A DNA stretch of 63,833 nt, counting the filler, from Choristocarpus tenellus KU-1152 (Eukaryota; Protista; Phaeophyceae): assembly GCA_964200185.2 (NCBI GenBank). It is 10 parts of 10 records of this genome, joined end to end, with 100 filler letters (N's around TTAATTAATTAA, not from the genome) between each part and the next. Parts side by side here need not be neighbours in the genome. Positions count along the whole stretch, not along the records: positions 1 to 21,332 come from CAXNAD020000350.1; 9 more parts are not named here. One strand, written 5' to 3'. Position numbers and translations under genes: made by a program. Below, one piece after another: positions 1 to 11,840 of this stretch (positions are counted from its first letter, which is position 1; each line of letters begins with the position of its first letter). The notes under the pieces were generated by a model. That model did no database searches. It was given only the letters and a program-made list of their open reading frames with translations, and had not been told where the DNA came from.

Positions 1-28
1 CGCCACCCCCTCCAAGATACTTCGAGCC
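1..28 (+). mobile_element. MITE family B terminus (window edge)
   Basis: CGCCACCCCCTCCAAGATACTTCGAGCC matches the B right end. Confidence 0.7.
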
Positions 29-70
29 TCTGGAGTACCAATTAAACCATGTACTCAGTGCTCATTTCAG

Positions 71-2315
71 AGCAGTGGGAGTGTTGGAAGCATTACTACA
101 GATGGAGTTAAAACTGAATAGACCTGCTTCACCTCCTCTTTCCAATTATGCATGTAGCTTACCATTTCTAACTCTTCTTGAATCATCTTGCCATGGTGGT
201 TTGATTCCTAGATCTCATGTAATGGAGGAGCGAATACAGGCAGAGCGAGCGCTCAGGAATTTCGGTCCTGATGCCCTTACAATTCACCTTTCCCTTGCAC
301 GGGCAAGCATGGAGGTGGGACGATCTCCCATAGTTTATCATTTTGATGTGGAATATTGTGCATGTCTAGTCAATTTACGAATGTCTCGACTGTTCATTCT
401 TTCCCATGGTGTGTGATCTTGGGTTTGTACTGGGGATGGACAAGGGGAATAGTGCCTGAACTCCTCTGGTAGAAGAATATTGGTCAAGGATATTGAAGGG
501 AGCTCAAGGTAACAAGCGCATTTTGTTGAAGAACATGGTTTTCACACATACTCACTTGGAAATATGAAGGTTGTATTTTAGAGTATACATTAGGCGAATC
601 TATTCTCCTGACTCATACCAATCTAACTGCCTGCTGGACAAATAAGTAGGTAGTGCAAGCCCGGTTCCTCAGCAAAGTGGGGGCTACTGTGGGATCATCA
701 CTTCTCCGACCCATTCATGGTCTCCAATTGCAAGAAGCTGCAAAGGGACTTGCCGTGTGTGCTATGCATCAGGTAGTATCCTCATGTCAAGTGCACATCA
801 GCATGAAAAGCAACATTCTTCTTTTGGAGTTGCTTCCTCATGTCCAATATTTGTACATACGTTCATGAACCCTTGTATAGAGGGAATATCATATAGGATA
901 ATCATGATGGGTTGGCAAGGGACGTTTGGACTCCATATGTTGCTTGTTAGACCGCAAGAGTCGCTCACCCATCTGACCAGCTGGTAGTTGGTGCCCACGT
1001 GTTACTTGTATCAAAATACCAGCCTCCAGAGAAACAACAATGAATTCTACTGCTCAACAACTGACCCCAGGAATCTTAGTGCATGTCTATTTTTTGATTG
1101 CTCTGTCAGGTGTCTTCTTCTAGAATCCTCGAAAAGGGTGGGCTTCAGATTCTACTGAACATGCTACGCATTAGGGACTTCACTGTCCAGTTTTCCACCG
1201 TTCGAGCCCTTCTCCACATCATTCGTCACTGTGGTCAGGTATTTCTCCTCGTCAATAATCAGTTGATATTTTGTATAAGGGTAGTACTCATCATTGAAAC
1301 CGCAACATCAAAGTGGTGTGGCATTCACGCCCAAGAATTTATCGCCCCTGAGTATGGTCGTGAAACTGGTGTGACCCACATTTCAGATCCTACAGTTTGT
1401 GGGAGAAGGGTACTATGTAGTGGTTGGGGAAAATGCGAGTGAAAGTATCTTAGGGTTAGGGTACGAATTTTTTTCTGCTTGTTCATTTGGGACTTGACTT
1501 CCCACGGGTTTTTAATGACATTTTCCTACTCCGAAATGTGTCATCGGAGTAGGTAAATTTTATGCGATATGAAAAGGTGTGTTTGGAACAAGGATATTTG
1601 CACTTCCTAACAAACACAATAGGAAAAATTACATCAAAATCACCAAGAATTGGATTCTGGTCCCCAAATCACCCATTAAGATACTTTGACTCTGCCACGA
1701 GTCAAGATAACGATCCACTTCTAGCAAAGAATAAGATAGTTCCACTTGTTCACTAAAAACCGTTTCAATATCCCATAAACAATACGGCATAGCTTCTTGC
1801 AATGGTGTTTGTTGTCTGACATTTCAGCATACTATTCTTCCCCAACCTTACAGCTTGTGAGATTAACCTACAGAGCAAAAAGAGACCTGGTTAGAACATT
1901 GGATTTCATCTCATCTGCAATCAAAGATATGAAATATGTTCTTCACTCCACACTACCCTTAGGTAGTGAGTGACGAGCTTGAGATGGAGTTAACGCCTAT
2001 ATACACTAAGGTATTTTATCATTCATACTCTTGACCAATAGACAAGCAGCTGCCCTGATCATCTCTGCTTTTTCAGTCCACCTCAATTTCTCACATATCC
2101 CAACTCTTACTCCCGAAGTATATTCCTATTCCCGAGAAGTTGAAGTTATCTATATTCCCTGGACATTCACCCAGCACTTTTCCAAGGCTATGGGAGAGAG
2201 GGAGAGGGAAGCAATCATGCATCGACTTGCCTCTCTTGTACGACCCGTGCGTGAGCGTGCTGCTCGCATATTGCAACACCGGCTACAAGACTGGAAGGAT
2301 AGGAGGAGAAGGTGA
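71..2315 (+). CDS. 3' portion of a spliced gene; alpha-helical ARM-like protein with a C-terminal IQ-like motif (5'-partial)
   Basis: Phase-compatible GT-AG exons at about 71/75-314, 650-772, 1110-1238, 1854-1962 and 2077-2315 (stop TGA). Peptides include ILEKGGLQILLNML...VRALLHII (ARM-like) and ERAARILQHRLQDW (IQ-like). The product is inferred. Confidence 0.55.
1437..1692 (+). mobile_element. MITE family A, TTAGGGTTAGGG-variant left TIR, intronic
   Basis: GAGTGAAAGTATCTTAG ... TAAGATACTTTGACTC; flanks tgc/tgc. Confidence 0.9.
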
Positions 2316-2982
2316 TGCCTATTATGCCTCTTGGAATGATACTATCTTGTATTATTTGGTCTCCCTCAGACCGGATAGGCCATACATGATATAAAAATTT
2401 CTGTAGACTGACCTTCCAGATATTTTTCAAACTATTGCAGAAATTATTGCTCAATTTTTTGTGCTGTGTTGTACCTCGGATCGGACTCACAACTTTGTGG
2501 CGAAAGAACTGCTCTCTGGATTGAGAATCACATTCATTGGTGTGCCCAAAACGTGTCTCTCTGATTTTGCATGTTGATTTGGTGAGTACGCATTGTTATT
2601 CCTAACCGTAGCTCTACCCCCAATAAAAGGCTCATCGATGCTCTGCTTTGACATCAGACTATAAAAAAGTTATGTATGTCAGGCATTGTATTGTCTAGAT
2701 CTGTTCCATTCTGAAGTTCATGTGATCTTGCAACTCTAGCAGTTCTAATGGATGAAGTTTGTTCGATATCATCGTAACAAATCATCTTGGGCTTTGTATA
2801 TACACTTGTTCTTCCAAGGGGATTAATATTGGATCTATCCCTATGCAGTTGAAGTCTCTTCCTGGCCCTTTTCATTGTGGTCGTACTGTATAAAACGACA
2901 ACAAATGATGGGTGAGCCTGCTACAATAATGTCAAATCTATTGTGAGGAAACACGTTGCATCCGCAGCCTGTTTGAGAGGGA

Positions 2983-3142
2983 CTCTCCCTCTCAACATCC
3001 TTTGCATGCCCACGACTTATCTGCTAGCTATTGCCAATTACGATCAGACAACTATACTGTGGATGCAAAAGGCACTCTCCCTCTCCACATCCTTTGCACA
3101 TCCCTGATCATCTGCTAGGTATAGCCAATTACGATCAGACAA
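2983..3142. repeat. Short direct repeat (~70 bp x2)
   Basis: ACATCCTTTGCA...ATCTGCTAG.TA.GCCAATTACGATCAGACAA occurs twice. Confidence 0.75.
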
Positions 3143-3688
3143 ATATACTGCTGATGCAATAGCAGAGGAGACAAAAAAAATCAACCTACGTGGTACTGAG
3201 GAGTTTTCGTTGAATGCTTCCACATTCGATGGGTTAACAAGAAGCAACAAGTGGGGTGGAGGTGGTTATCAACAGGACACATTAGTGGCGCTTGTGCTGG
3301 GTAATGAGATGACAGAAATGATATGCCTTGCAGTACAGTGTGTGGAGCGCCTGTCGAGTCAGTCAGTGACGGCTGTCAGTCTCATGCTCGCGTGAGTGCA
3401 GCTTGTATCGTGAATATTTTTCATGATGGGAAATATGGTGCAGGGATATGAAAGTTCATTAAAGTCATTGATCGTATTCATTTTTACAACAGAATTATTT
3501 GCATCATATTCAATCGTTGGATGCTGAGGAAATCAAAAGTTACGAGATGTAGAGCTCCACATCTTGTGACGTTGAAGGCAATGGGAAGTCTGAGGTTGGT
3601 TTACTTCATGTATACACATACCATTCTTGCTTATTTTGAGATCTAGAGTACCATTACCTTCCACTTTGCTTTTGACAGCAAAGGTATA

Positions 3689-3862
3689 GACCCAAAGTAT
3701 CTGGGGGGGGGCGGACTACACCAGGGTGTCCATTTGGACCAAAACCAGCAAAAGTGCACTTACATAATCCATTTGACATATGCAACCAAATCACACAAAA
3801 ATCGCAACATGATAAATTGACCCCGAATGGACAGTCGCCATCCCCCCCAGATACTTTGAACC
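3689..3862 (+). mobile_element. MITE family B (~175 bp, poly-G/poly-C TIRs)
   Basis: GACCCAAAGTATCTGGGGGGGGG ... CCCCCCCAGATACTTTGAACC. Confidence 0.88.
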
Positions 3863-4047
3863 AAACCAGTTTTCTCTTCAAGTATCAAGCCTTGCACATG
3901 CCACAAACCCTGTCCGAAGTCAACCACATGCTTAATACAAACTATGCCGAAAATCTGTCTTCTCCACTCAACCGATTCTGGACACTTCCTTGAGTAGAGC
4001 AACACTGAATGCTTCCAAGTTGCCAATTTACTCACTTCTTCGCGTTG

Positions 4048-4619
4048 TAGTGAAAGTATCTTAGAGAGCACAAGTCTTTCCTTGTTTGTCCATTTGAGGC
4101 TTGGCTTCCCACAGTTTTTTTATGACATTTTCCTACTCCGAAATAAGTGAAAGTATCTTAGAGGGTACAAGTCTTTCCCTGTCTGTCCGTTTAGGGCTTG
4201 ACTTCCTATGGGGTTTTTTATGACATTTTCCTACTCCAAAATGTTTCGGAGTTGGTAAAATGTATGGGTTATGGAAAGGTGTGTCTGGAAAAAGTATATT
4301 GACTCTTTCTTAACAAACACGATAGCCAAAATTACATCAAAATCGCAACATTGGATATTAGAGTGAAAATATCTTAGAGGGTACGAGTCTTGCCCTGTTT
4401 GTCCATTTGGGGCTTGCCTTCCCTCAAGTGTTTTTATGACATTTTCCCTCTCCAAAATATTTCGGAGTAGGTAAAATGTATATGTTATGAAAAGTTGTGT
4501 CCACAACAAGGATATTGACACTTCCTAACAAATACGATAGCCAAAATTACATCAAAATCGCAACATTTGATTTTGGCCCCCAAATAGACGCGGCTGTACC
4601 CTCTAAGGTACTTTGAATA
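4048..4619 (+). mobile_element. Chain of three MITE-A copies (4048-4145 and 4146-4360 3'-truncated; 4361-4619 full length)
   Basis: Three successive AGTGAAA(G/A)TATCTTAGAG starts but only one right TIR. Confidence 0.9.
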
Positions 4620-5601
4620 TTTGGAAAATGAAATTTCTTTCATGACTAGGTCACGGCATGACTCTCCCTTTTGTAATATATTTTTGGACTCTGGATTAAT
4701 GACTATATTGTGACACCAAATTTTATGCATGCCTGTGCACAAGATCTTAGTAATGGGAAGCAGAGTGTCCCTTGGGATAGATAGAATAGTGCAAGGAGAA
4801 GCTAGCTGTGGTAAACTCTGTCAAAGAGAGGAAAACATCTGATTGTGAACCTTGTGTTTACAAAAAAGAAAAAAAGTATCGTGCTTGGAAAAATAATCAG
4901 TGAATTCAGTCTTTCCAGGCTCAATACCCCCTATTTCCACAAACTACTCCAAGCAACTCGTTGCACGATCTGTTTCAAACACTAATGGCAGGCATGATAT
5001 CATGGCCAGCCTGACAGCCCAACTACACACTCACGACGCAGAAGAGTATATCACAGTAAAATTCAAAGGAGAGGATGCCCAAGCAGAGTCCGGGATTAGG
5101 TGAGGAAACTTGACTGCGATTGTATTCAATCCACTGAGAGATTTTAGACTCTTGATTTGCCAAGAAACTACACTATGCCGTAGACTTCACAAATTGGGTG
5201 ATTAGAGTGTTGTTGTTCCTCTAGAAAGAGGCACAGTGACCTTCAATTTCCAATATTTCTGCAACATAATCTGCCTGCCTCACTGTGCCTGAACCTCAGG
5301 CAAGTCAGGGACAAAGGCACTCCGTCATCTCGAGGTTCCTCTTCAGTTGGGACACGCCTTCAGAGGCAATGCATTGCCACTCTATCCAGTCTTGCTTTGA
5401 GTGCATCTGGCCCCAGCCTCAATCCTTCCGGGAGGTTGGCAGTGGAGAGAGGTTTGCTGTTTCTTGCTTGTTTCCATTGGGAGAGCACTGTCAGGGGGGA
5501 GGCAAACCTTGCCCTCAGGAGGTCAGTCCATCATCAATGACCTTATTATGCGATGCGTATCTCTTCAAGTAATTCACAAGGCTACAGTTTTGTTCATTGC
5601 A

Positions 5602-5859
5602 GAGTGAGAATGACTTAGAGGGTACGAGCTTTTCCTTGTTTGTCTGCTTGGGGCTTGGCTTTCCAAGTTTTTTTTAATGACATTTTACCTACTCTGAAAC
5701 ATTTCGGAGCAGGTAAATTGTATATGTTATGATAAGGTGTGTCTGGAACAAGGATATTTACACGTTCTAACAAACATGGTGGCCAAAATTACATCAAAAT
5801 TGAACATTGGATTTGGCCCCCAAACGGACGCGGCTCTACCCTCTAAAGTACTTTGACTC
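5602..5859 (+). mobile_element. MITE family A
   Basis: Both TIRs present; flanks tgca/tgta. Confidence 0.9.
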
Positions 5860-6368
5860 TGTAGGTGTATATTGTTGCTTGAGTTGTGAACAAGGAAGAG
5901 CAAGAAGTGCTTGGTCGCATAATTTGAGCTTCAAAACCACACAAGAAGGAATTGTACTTATTCAGGACAGCAAAATCGAGCGTGAACCATTATGGAAGTG
6001 ACCAATGTGTGATAGTAAGTCAAGTAACTGCATGGGATACAGCAATACCTACTTCTGAATTAGCAACTTAGGAGTAGAATCACAACATATTGTCCTGGTT
6101 TCAAAAAGATAGGATCCTCAGGGAAAAAATGAGGAGAAGCAAGCAAGGGGACAACAGAACGATATGGCTAGCATTACCTTGAGAGTAGATCTATTCATCC
6201 AATAATTAACAACTGACATGAGAAATACTTTACATGCTCACAGTTTTCTGCACTATAGTGTTCTTGAAGATATTTGGAAGACCAAAAGTACCATCACAAC
6301 TCGCACTTCAACAAATATGTTTGTTCGAATATTTTTTTTCTTCAGTGTGAAGTCCGATTCTGATCGTG

Positions 6369-6451
<83 letters not shown>

Positions 6452-6457
6452 TAGAGA
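6369..6457. repeat. Compound (CA)n(GA)n microsatellite
   Basis: Directly visible in the sequence. Confidence 0.95.
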
Positions 6458-8175
6458 TGTCTCTCAAGGTATCTATCAATACATAAGGACTTCACTTTCA
6501 AACCTTTCACTCCTGTCTCTCAAGGTATAGATGAAGAATAAGGTCTTCACTCACTTTCAACCCTCTTATTACTCACCTCCTACATACAGGCTGCAATCAA
6601 GGCTGGCCCTGCCTCATCCCAGGTGGTGGTCAGAGACGGACTGCCTCACGTGGCTAGGATGCATCAACCTTGGTGGCTTGCATCAATCTTTGCAGAAATT
6701 TCTTTATGCAAGTGCTCTGCAGCGTGCTCATCCTCCGGAGAGACTGGCTGGGCAAGCCTTTATAGCTCAATGTGGAAAGTCTGGTGTTAGTGGTAGCAGA
6801 TTCAGCACTGGGCAGGTGTGGTGTAAAAAAGGACTCCGGCAGCATGGGTACATCAGGGATGAGCATCAAACATTATATAGTTCCAAAGAAGCAAATTTCT
6901 CCAGGACTTTGGATGGCTCTACTGACTCTGGGGTTTGGAGCATCGAGGGGGGGAGGAATTGTGCACCAGATGGGGCGGAACTAAGAGAGGGAGCTAGCTG
7001 GGGCAGAAGGGTGAACAAGCCGGGCATCCAACTACTGCAGGCAAGAAAGAATTTGTTCAAGTGCCAGAGTCCATTTTGTTCATTGTGTACGTGATCTCAG
7101 GAAAAAAATATTAAGTGCAATGGTAGGGAATCTAACAATGCATTTGTTTGGCTTCACAAGGCAATTAAATCACACCAATGTTGAGATTAATATTCTAATG
7201 CACATTTTCTACCTCACTAATCTTGGCATGTCTTCTCGATATTCTACCCACAACATGTACCACTTGTTGCTTCCTCCTCATATGTTCTGGTTGTGGCAAA
7301 TTGTCTACTGAACAAAATTCAAGTATGTAAGCTAAAGAGAGTTGAACGTAAGTCAGTAGAGTAATATTACAATGGGTTTACTGACCACATCCCACCCTTC
7401 TCAGCTTTAGATCTGACGCTAAACCTTCGCCTGAGATGTGAGGTTCGAGATTGTGGAGAGTAGGGTATATCTCTCTGAAAGAAGCGTCAATCCTCAATGA
7501 GTTGCTCATATGGTTTCCTCGGATTTTGATTTTGAAAGCAAAGTGTGTTGGAGCACCATTCTTTACCAAGAATTCGACATCAGGGTCCTAGAAGACAGCA
7601 GTGTCAATCCATCAAACTGTGAGTAGCATTCTTTGCAAAAATGTAAGTCATCACAATCTCAGGGCTCAGATCTTGAATCCCTCCTCTCTCCCTCAATAAG
7701 AAGGCTTGATCTCATAGTATTTCCATCAGTCGATATTTTCTTTTTCTGTGAGATAACTATCCCCACTCTCTCTCCTCCACACCTTTCAGATGCAGAGGCA
7801 CGACCTTCTTTCCTATCCAATTGAAGCCAGTCCAGAGGAAGCTACTTCTTTTTTGAGAAACCTGAGGAATCTTCGACTCATGGCCGATGTATCCTCTTTT
7901 CAGCTAGATGGAGAGGAAGGGGAGGTTGACAACATCACCAAGGCAGAGTCAGGAGGAGAGAGGGATGGAGACGGAGTGGTAGGGTTGGGGGGGGGGAAGG
8001 GAGGGGGATCGACCTGGGGGACTCTATTGGAGCAACACGGATTTTCTCTCTGGCAGGAAAAAAAACACACAATTAATGAGGTATGAGAAGTCTGCTAAGG
8101 CATGACATAGGGGGCTTATTTATGGAGAGTATGACATACTTGACGGTGAGACTGACATCGATTTTCCTGCTTCAA

Positions 8176-8358
8176 GGGTCAAAGTAACTGGGGGGGGGGG
8201 TGGCGACTGTCCATTTGAGGCCAACTTTTTTATGTTGCGATTTTTGTGTGATTTGGTTCCATACGTTGGATGGATAATGAAAGTGCACTTTTCCTGGATA
8301 TGACCCAAACTGACACTCTGGTGTAGACCCCCCCCCACCACCACAGATACTTTGGGTC
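8176..8358 (-). mobile_element. MITE family B
   Basis: Both TIRs present; perfect 4-bp TSD tcaa/tcaa. Confidence 0.9.
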
Positions 8359-8411
8359 TCAAAGTATGTAGTAATACACAGCTCTGGGCAGCCTTGTGAC
8401 GTAAGGAACGG

Positions 8412-8660
8412 GAGTGAAAGTATCTTAGGGTTAGGGTACGAGTTTTGCCCTGTTTGTCCATTTGGGGCTTGCCTTCCCTCACGTGTTTTTATGACATATT
8501 CCCTCTCCAAAATATTTCGAAGTAGATATGAAAAGGTGTGTCCGAAACAAGGATTTTGACACTTCCTAACAAACACGATAACCAAGATTACATCAAAATC
8601 GCAACATTTGATTTTGGCCCCCAAATGGACGCGGCTCTACCCTCTAAGATACTTTGGCTC
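8412..8660 (+). mobile_element. MITE family A, TTAGGGTTAGGG-variant left TIR
   Basis: Both TIRs present; perfect 4-bp TSD acgg/acgg. Confidence 0.92.
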
Positions 8661-9440
8661 ACGGGTCATATATTTCTTGTAACAAAATAAAACCTGCTTG
8701 TACATATACAATTGGCACACTGTTGTTGTGCAGTTCCCTCTGTCAAAACAAAATAGCATCAAAGTTTATGGTTAGTAGGAGGATTTAATGCTAAGAGGCT
8801 AAGGAGCAGCTTTGGCATCACTTGAAGATTTGTATAACTAGATGGAAAGTCCTTTGAAGAAGAACCTCATACTTGATCCTTTACTCTTTGATCCCATTGA
8901 TTGGAGCTTTTCTGGAATAGATCAGCTAATGCAATGGCAGTCGATGCCCTTCTTCAGTTGGCATTCCTCTTTCTTCTTGATGAATCCACCCATGTCAACA
9001 ACAATTGATACAAGACCAATAGGAGCTCGGTTCCCAACTTGTGCAACCAATGGGATAAGTGCATCGCATGACTACCAATTCGGGGTTCAATGCAAATTTT
9101 GAGTGAAATGCACCCTCCAATCAACAAAAACCATGCTGCTTCGGCCTTGACAACCTCCCATAATATTCCACACTTTCGTTTAGTGGAAGGCGTTTTTTTT
9201 TAGCAGTGTGCTGTGGAGAAGTTACCTCCTCATGCTCCAAAACTATAACCAGTGTAATGCACGGTTGTATGGAATCGTCAAAACTTGTTTCCATCTTTGG
9301 GAGATTTGGGAGATAAGAGTCATTGAATACAACAAAAAGCTTAGGAATACCACACTTGAATTTCGGCGGTGAAGTTCTCGAAGTGAAGGGGGAAAGGAGT
9401 GTACCCTGTTGTTTTGGGTCATCCCTTGCACGAATACTTT

Positions 9441-9694
9441 GAGTGAAAGTATCTTAGAGGGTACGAGTTTTGGCCTTTTTGTTCATTTGGGGCTTGGCTT
9501 TGGTTTTTAATGACATTTTACCTACTCCAAAACATTCCGGAGTAGGTACAATGTTTACGTTATGAAAAGGTGTGTCTGGAACAAGGTTATTGACATCTCC
9601 TAACAAACATGATAGCCAAAAATTCATCAAAATTGCAAAATTGGATTTTGGTCCCCAAATGGACGCGGCTCTACCCTCTAAGGTACTTTTGTTC
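9441..9694 (+). mobile_element. MITE family A
   Basis: Full-length body; right TIR degraded; no TSD visible. Confidence 0.88.
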
Positions 9695-9929
9695 ATATGG
9701 AGAAGTAGCCCCATCCGAGATACTCTTTCACATCAACTATTGAAAGGTGATGCATCAATTTGTATACCTGGACAATAATTTTTGACTGTGTTTATTTTCA
9801 CGTACATCTTGTTCAGCCATGTATATATTATAGCAACTAGAAGAGATGCCTTTGCTCCAGTGTATTCTGTGGGAACTATCATGACAAGCAGTCAGTGGCA
9901 TGGACGCCATCTCCACAAGATGGTACTTA

Positions 9930-9961
<32 letters not shown>

Positions 9962-10912
9962 TTATTGTGTATAGATGTGCAATTTGTTTTCACATTGACT
10001 TTGGTCTGGGGACTATCATACACTGTGGACAGAGGCGCTAGGCACTGCATTACTTATCACAGTAACTACTGTAACCAATTGTTGAACTACGACTAGTGCA
10101 AAGCCTCCATATATGCCTTGCTTCTTGCATATTGGGTTCGGACATATCACTGCCGATCAGTCTGCCTCCTTTTTCGGATCTTGAGCTGGACCCTTGTTGT
10201 TGCCACTTTCTTGTGTAATGACAGATTGAATAGGATACGCACAATCCAACACAGAGCTTGCCACGTGGACATTGGATAGTCAAAACTGGATTTCTGTTTG
10301 AAGTGTCTTAGCTTCAATTGGGTTTAATCGTACAGAAGTCATTTAGGGAAAGTTGTCCTTTACTTCTGAGCCGTGAGAACGCTCATTGAAAAAAGTCTTG
10401 GGAAAAATGTACGAAAAATAATTCGTATTATGCACGTGTATATGCCAATCTATAATTTCAGGTGGAAATTAACATTCACTGCTTGTTTCAATTCCTCTGA
10501 AAGATTGGGAAATTTGGTCACTGTCCCTGCCCTAACCCTCATACCTGCCCCTTCCAAAAATAATTAATAAAGATTTCCAGGATCCTTAAGCAGACAACTG
10601 CCGCAACTGCCGGATTCTTCCCAACTGAAACAAGCAGGACATCTTACATAGGTAATTCTGGTCACATAGCACATTATTTTCCTCTTGGAAACATATCAGC
10701 ATAAAAAACAGACTTAGAGACTTCCTTCCTTGTCCCTAGAAAAAAAACGTAAAACACGAGGTACGATTCCATGGCAGCAACACGGTGTGTATAGGGCAGT
10801 GTAAGGCCCTTTGATATGGGGCGCATCAAGAAGCATGTGTGACGTAGATCTTGTCTATCAATCCTTCTTGAGCACATCTAAGATCAACAGTTCAGCACAA
10901 AGCACTCCTTAC

Positions 10913-11172
10913 AAGTGAAAGCACCTTAGAGGGTACGAGTTTTGCCCTGTTTGTCCATTTGGGGCTTGGCTTCCCACGGGTTTTCAATGACATTTAACCT
11001 ACTCCAAACTGTTTTGGAGTAGGTTAAATGTGTATGTTATGAAAACGTGTGTCCAAAAACAAGCACATTTACACTTCCTAACAAACATGATAGCTAAAAT
11101 TTCATCAAAATTGCAACATTGGAATTTGGCCCCCAAATGGACGCGGCTCTACCCTCTAAGATACTTTGACTC
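10913..11172 (+). mobile_element. MITE family A
   Basis: Both TIRs present; TSD ttac/ttac. Confidence 0.92.
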
Positions 11173-11656
11173 TTACCAGTACCACTACCACTACTACTGT
11201 GGTTCAGGCATGACAAACTTGATATCATGGGCAGTCATGCTACCATTGCAGAAGCTAACAGATGGCACTTGGAGAAGAACCTTTTTCATAATGTACTCTG
11301 AGTATTTCGCTAGTTTTCCTACCAGGGTTTTTGGACCATAAATATTGTGCTTCAGCTTGGTATCACTTCTTCATTCCAGTGTACCTCTTTAAGCCAGTCA
11401 GTGTAGATTTAAGACGTTGATACAACTCCTCTATGCTACGACCCACTCAACAGTTTATCACTCCTCTGTACTGCACAAAACTAAATTGCTCTATTCCAAA
11501 GTATCCTGGATTGGGTTACTTTATTACTGGTAACTGGTGACAAACTTCGGATTTTTTTCATCTTCTCATCCCTAATTTCTCCATCCAATTCCAAAGCACC
11601 ATTCACAGGGTCTTTTCATTTTCATCTGCAGACTCCTGATGGGGGCTGCCTGAATC

Positions 11657-11840
11657 TGAGTAATGAAAGTGTGGTACCAGACATCATATTTATATTCGCC
11701 TTAACAACATAATTACCAAACTACACCCCACCAAAAAGACACTTGACTCTTGAGGAACAAGGGCAATGACTCGCAATCCCCCTTCCCCCTATCCTGCAGC
11801 ATCTTGGGACACTGTGGAAGCAGCTGACCAATTTGGAACT
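11657..11840 (+). repeat. Dispersed repeat; inverted paralog at 16912-17362 carries MITE-A
   Basis: GGGCAATGACTCGCAATCCCCCTTCCCCCTATCCTGCAGCATCTTGGGA...GACCAATTTGGAACT occurs as the reverse complement at 16912-16991. Confidence 0.85.

Noticed and set aside
4231-4742. Recurring short ORFs (YPLRYFHS, QSILEGR, DFDVILAIVF) as a peptide gene family
   Set aside because: They are chance translations of MITE-A, with no conserved frame, start or stop between copies.
6218-6510. ORFs with THTH/ERER or LSLS/VCVC runs
   Set aside because: Translations of the microsatellite.
4700-9430. Possible degenerate transposase or LINE relics between the MITEs
   Set aside because: No diagnostic motif could be recognised, so the region was left unannotated.
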